Source of the DNA: Mobula hypostoma
Lineage: Eukaryota
Reading direction: 5' to 3'
DNA: 64,000 nucleotides
Assembly: GCF_963921235.1 (NCBI RefSeq)
Contig: NC_086097.1
Coordinates: 206,276,001 to 206,340,000 of the forward strand
Part shown: positions 61,957-64,000 of the stretch, one piece after another
Position numbering within the stretch: the first letter of the stretch is position 1
Layout of the letters: each line of letters opens with the position of its first letter
Made by a program: the position numbers and the translations under genes
The notes under the pieces: model-generated
What the model saw: the letters and a program-made list of their open reading frames with translations, nothing else
Databases searched by the model: none
What the model was told of the DNA's origin: nothing

Positions 61957-62049
61957 TCCTGACGAAGGGTCTCGGCCTGAAACGTCGACTGCACCTCTTC
62001 CTACAGATGCTGCTTGGCCTGCTGCGTTCACCAGCAACTTTGATGTGTG
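61957..62049 (+). mobile_element. 93-bp hammerhead-led PLE insertion with 14-bp TSD
   Basis: TSD TCACTTATTTATAG at 61943-61956 and 62050-62063; intact hammerhead motif at 61955-61990. Confidence 0.92.
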
Positions 62050-62282
62050 TCACTTATTTATAGATGCCTTTAAACCTGTAACTGGGTGCACCGAACATGT
62101 ACATTTCACAAGGACCATTATTTGGGTTACACAGTTAGAAAGCTTTAGAGGCTACTGGATTCAGCAATCTATTTTTATGGGGCTTATCTTTTTCATTTTA
62201 TTTAGCGTGGTGTTACATTGTTTATTCTTCAGATGCCTGGCATGCGTCCCTAATCTAAAGAGTGAGGAACAATAATGACATA

Positions 62283-62705
62283 AACAACAGGAATTCTGCA
62301 GATGCTGGAAATTCAAGCAACATACATCAAAGTTGCTGGTGAACGCAGCAGGCCAAGCAGCATCTCTAGGAACAGGTGCAGTCGACGTTTCAGGCCGTGA
62401 CCCTTCGTCAGGACTAACTGAAGGAAGAGTGAGTAAGGGATTTGAAAGCTGGAGGGGGAGGGGGAGATGCAAAATGATAGGAGAAGACAGGAGGGGGAGG
62501 GATAGAGCCGAGAGCTGGACACCTCCACCTCCTGTCTTCTCCTATCATTTTGGATCTCCCTCTCCCCCTCCAGCTTTCAAATCCCTTACTCACTCTTCCT
62601 TCAGTTAGTCCTGACGAAGGGTCTCGGCCTGAAACGTCGACTGCACCTGTTCCTAGAGATGCTGCTTGGCCTGCTGCGTTCACCAGCAACTTTGATGTAT
62701 GTTGC
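62283..62705. mobile_element. Fold-back PLE pseudo-LTR insertion with 15-bp TSD and two hammerhead motifs
   Basis: Arms 62317-62500 and 62522-62705; TSD AACAATAATGACATA at 62268-62282 and 62706-62720; hammerheads at 62380-62415 (-) and 62607-62642 (+). Confidence 0.95.
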
Positions 62706-62794
62706 AACAATAATGACATACTGTGTTATCTTTGACGTAAGCCATCAGAACTCAGTGACTTTTCCACTTGTAAGGCTATTAATTTATGAAGACA

Positions 62795-63398
62795 CACAGT
62801 CCTCTTTTACTGTCATTTAGTAATGCATGCATTAAGAAATGATGCAATATTTCCTCCGGTATGATATCACAAAACACAGGACAGACCAAGACTGAAAAAA
62901 CTAACAAAACCACGTAATTATAACATATAGTTACAACAGTGCAACAATATCATAACTTGATGAAGAACAGTCTATGAGCACAGTAAAAAGTTCAAAGTCT
63001 CTCAAATGTCCCACATCTTACGGGAGAAGGAAGAAAAACTCTCCCTGCCATGCCCGACCACAGTCCGACTCTGAGTTGTTAGAAAACTTCGAGCCTCCGA
63101 TCAGCTTTCTGACACCGAGTACTGAGCACCATCTCTATCTGAGCAATTTGACCTCAATCTCGGTCGCCAACAGCAGGCAAAGCCAGGGATTTTGAGGCCT
63201 TCCCTCTGGAAGATTCACGATCGCGCAGTAACGACAGCAGCAAACAGGCATATCAGAAATTTCTCCAGATGTTCCTCTGTGCTTTCATGTCTGTCTCCAT
63301 CAAATGAGAATTGTCCACTGCCCCTATTTAATGGATACAATATCATTTTTCACCGGAGGGCTGCGCACACGCGGCACGCAGCACTCTCTCCTCCCGCC
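62795..63398 (-). mobile_element. Probable non-autonomous non-LTR element with GC-rich head
   Basis: CpG-rich head GGCGGGAGGAGAGAG..GCGCAGCCCTCCGG; 3' end GGAAATATTGCATCATTTC..TAAATGACAGTAAAAG; no ORF. Confidence 0.5.
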
Positions 63399-63764
63399 GT
63401 TATCACATATTCTCTACAATTAACCTACACTGTCCATCACACCCACAGTCTTACCTCCATCTATGTTTATAAATGATGATGGAAAATATCACTGACTTTT
63501 TACAGCTACTTTTACCATCATCAGAGAACTATTTCATTGGTAAACACTCCTACTTGTTCTTTAATTATTCTACCAAAGTTAATTGACACATCCAAGACAC
63601 TGGAATCAGTCAGCAGACCAGACAGAGGAACATAGCTAATGATTCAAGATGAAGAACTTTGATCAGTATAGTGATGAAGAAAGATCATTAATGTTAACTC
63701 TTGTCTCCTCAATGATGCCTCCAGACTTGCTGAGATTTTCCACATTTTTCTGTATGCAGTTTAA

Positions 63765-63858
63765 ACAATAGACTATAGACAATAGACAATAGGTGCAGGA
63801 GTAGGCCATTCGGCCCTTCAAGCCAGCACCGCCATTCACTGTGATCATGGCTGATCAT
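63765..63858 (-). mobile_element. CR1 extreme 3' end
   Basis: (CAATAGA)n tail plus GCAGGAGTAGGCCATTCGGCCCTTC. Confidence 0.85.
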
Positions 63859-64000
63859 AAACATCTGTATCGGGTGCATTTCATTTTTGCTTTGTTAAAT
63901 AGTCTCTCTCTCTTTGTAATTAATTGTTAATTTTCCTGCTTCGTCCAACAAAAGCTTTTCCTTTACTGTCCTGGTAGATTTATAAACATTAAAACAGCAA

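Noticed and set aside
60374..62735. Recurrent peptide SPDEGSRPETST...[11 protein letters not shown] as a protein family
   Set aside because: It is the chance translation of the hammerhead-bearing pseudo-LTR, downstream of the endonuclease stop codon
621..63848. Most ORF-track entries as real genes
   Set aside because: They are fragments or antisense frames of CR1, Rex, PLE and Gypsy sequence, many starting at GTG or TTG
1..64000. Prokaryotic systems (operons, CRISPR arrays, defence islands)
   Set aside because: No long intact ORFs and no regularly spaced repeat-spacer array; the repeats are dispersed vertebrate retroelements
1..64000. V(D)J recombination signals or an Ig/TCR locus (prompted by octamer motifs and CACAGTG heptamers)
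   Set aside because: The heptamers I checked lack a nonamer at 12/23 spacing and no V, J or C exon is recognisable

Overview
Eukaryotic, AT-rich, repeat-dominated vertebrate DNA. The repeat repertoire (many CR1 LINEs, Rex-Babar LINEs, V-domain tRNA-SINEs, Penelope-like elements) suggests a cartilaginous fish; this is an inference, not a database result. I found no intact host gene and no prokaryotic features. Most listed ORFs are decayed LINE, LTR or Penelope fragments or their antisense shadows. Main contents: (1) about 15 CR1-clade LINE pieces, including a near full-length copy at 48.7-52.7 kb. (2) Several Rex-Babar LINEs and non-autonomous relatives. (3) A decayed Ty3/Gypsy element (40.7-48.1 kb, tRNA-Trp PBS) at the centre of a four-level nest of insertions. 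(4) About 15 Penelope-like (GIY-YIG) pieces whose terminal repeat carries a minimal hammerhead ribozyme (AGTC-CTGANGA-A-GGGT-CTCG-GCCC-GAAAC-GTC-GACT). These include ~100-bp ribozyme-led insertions with target-site duplications and several long fold-back insertions. (5) Unique stretches holding possible decayed exons of a minus-strand host gene, a dense cluster of lymphoid-type TF motifs and an 80-nt hairpin. Boundaries of old repeats are approximate (tens of bp). All calls were read by eye; no searches or folding were run.
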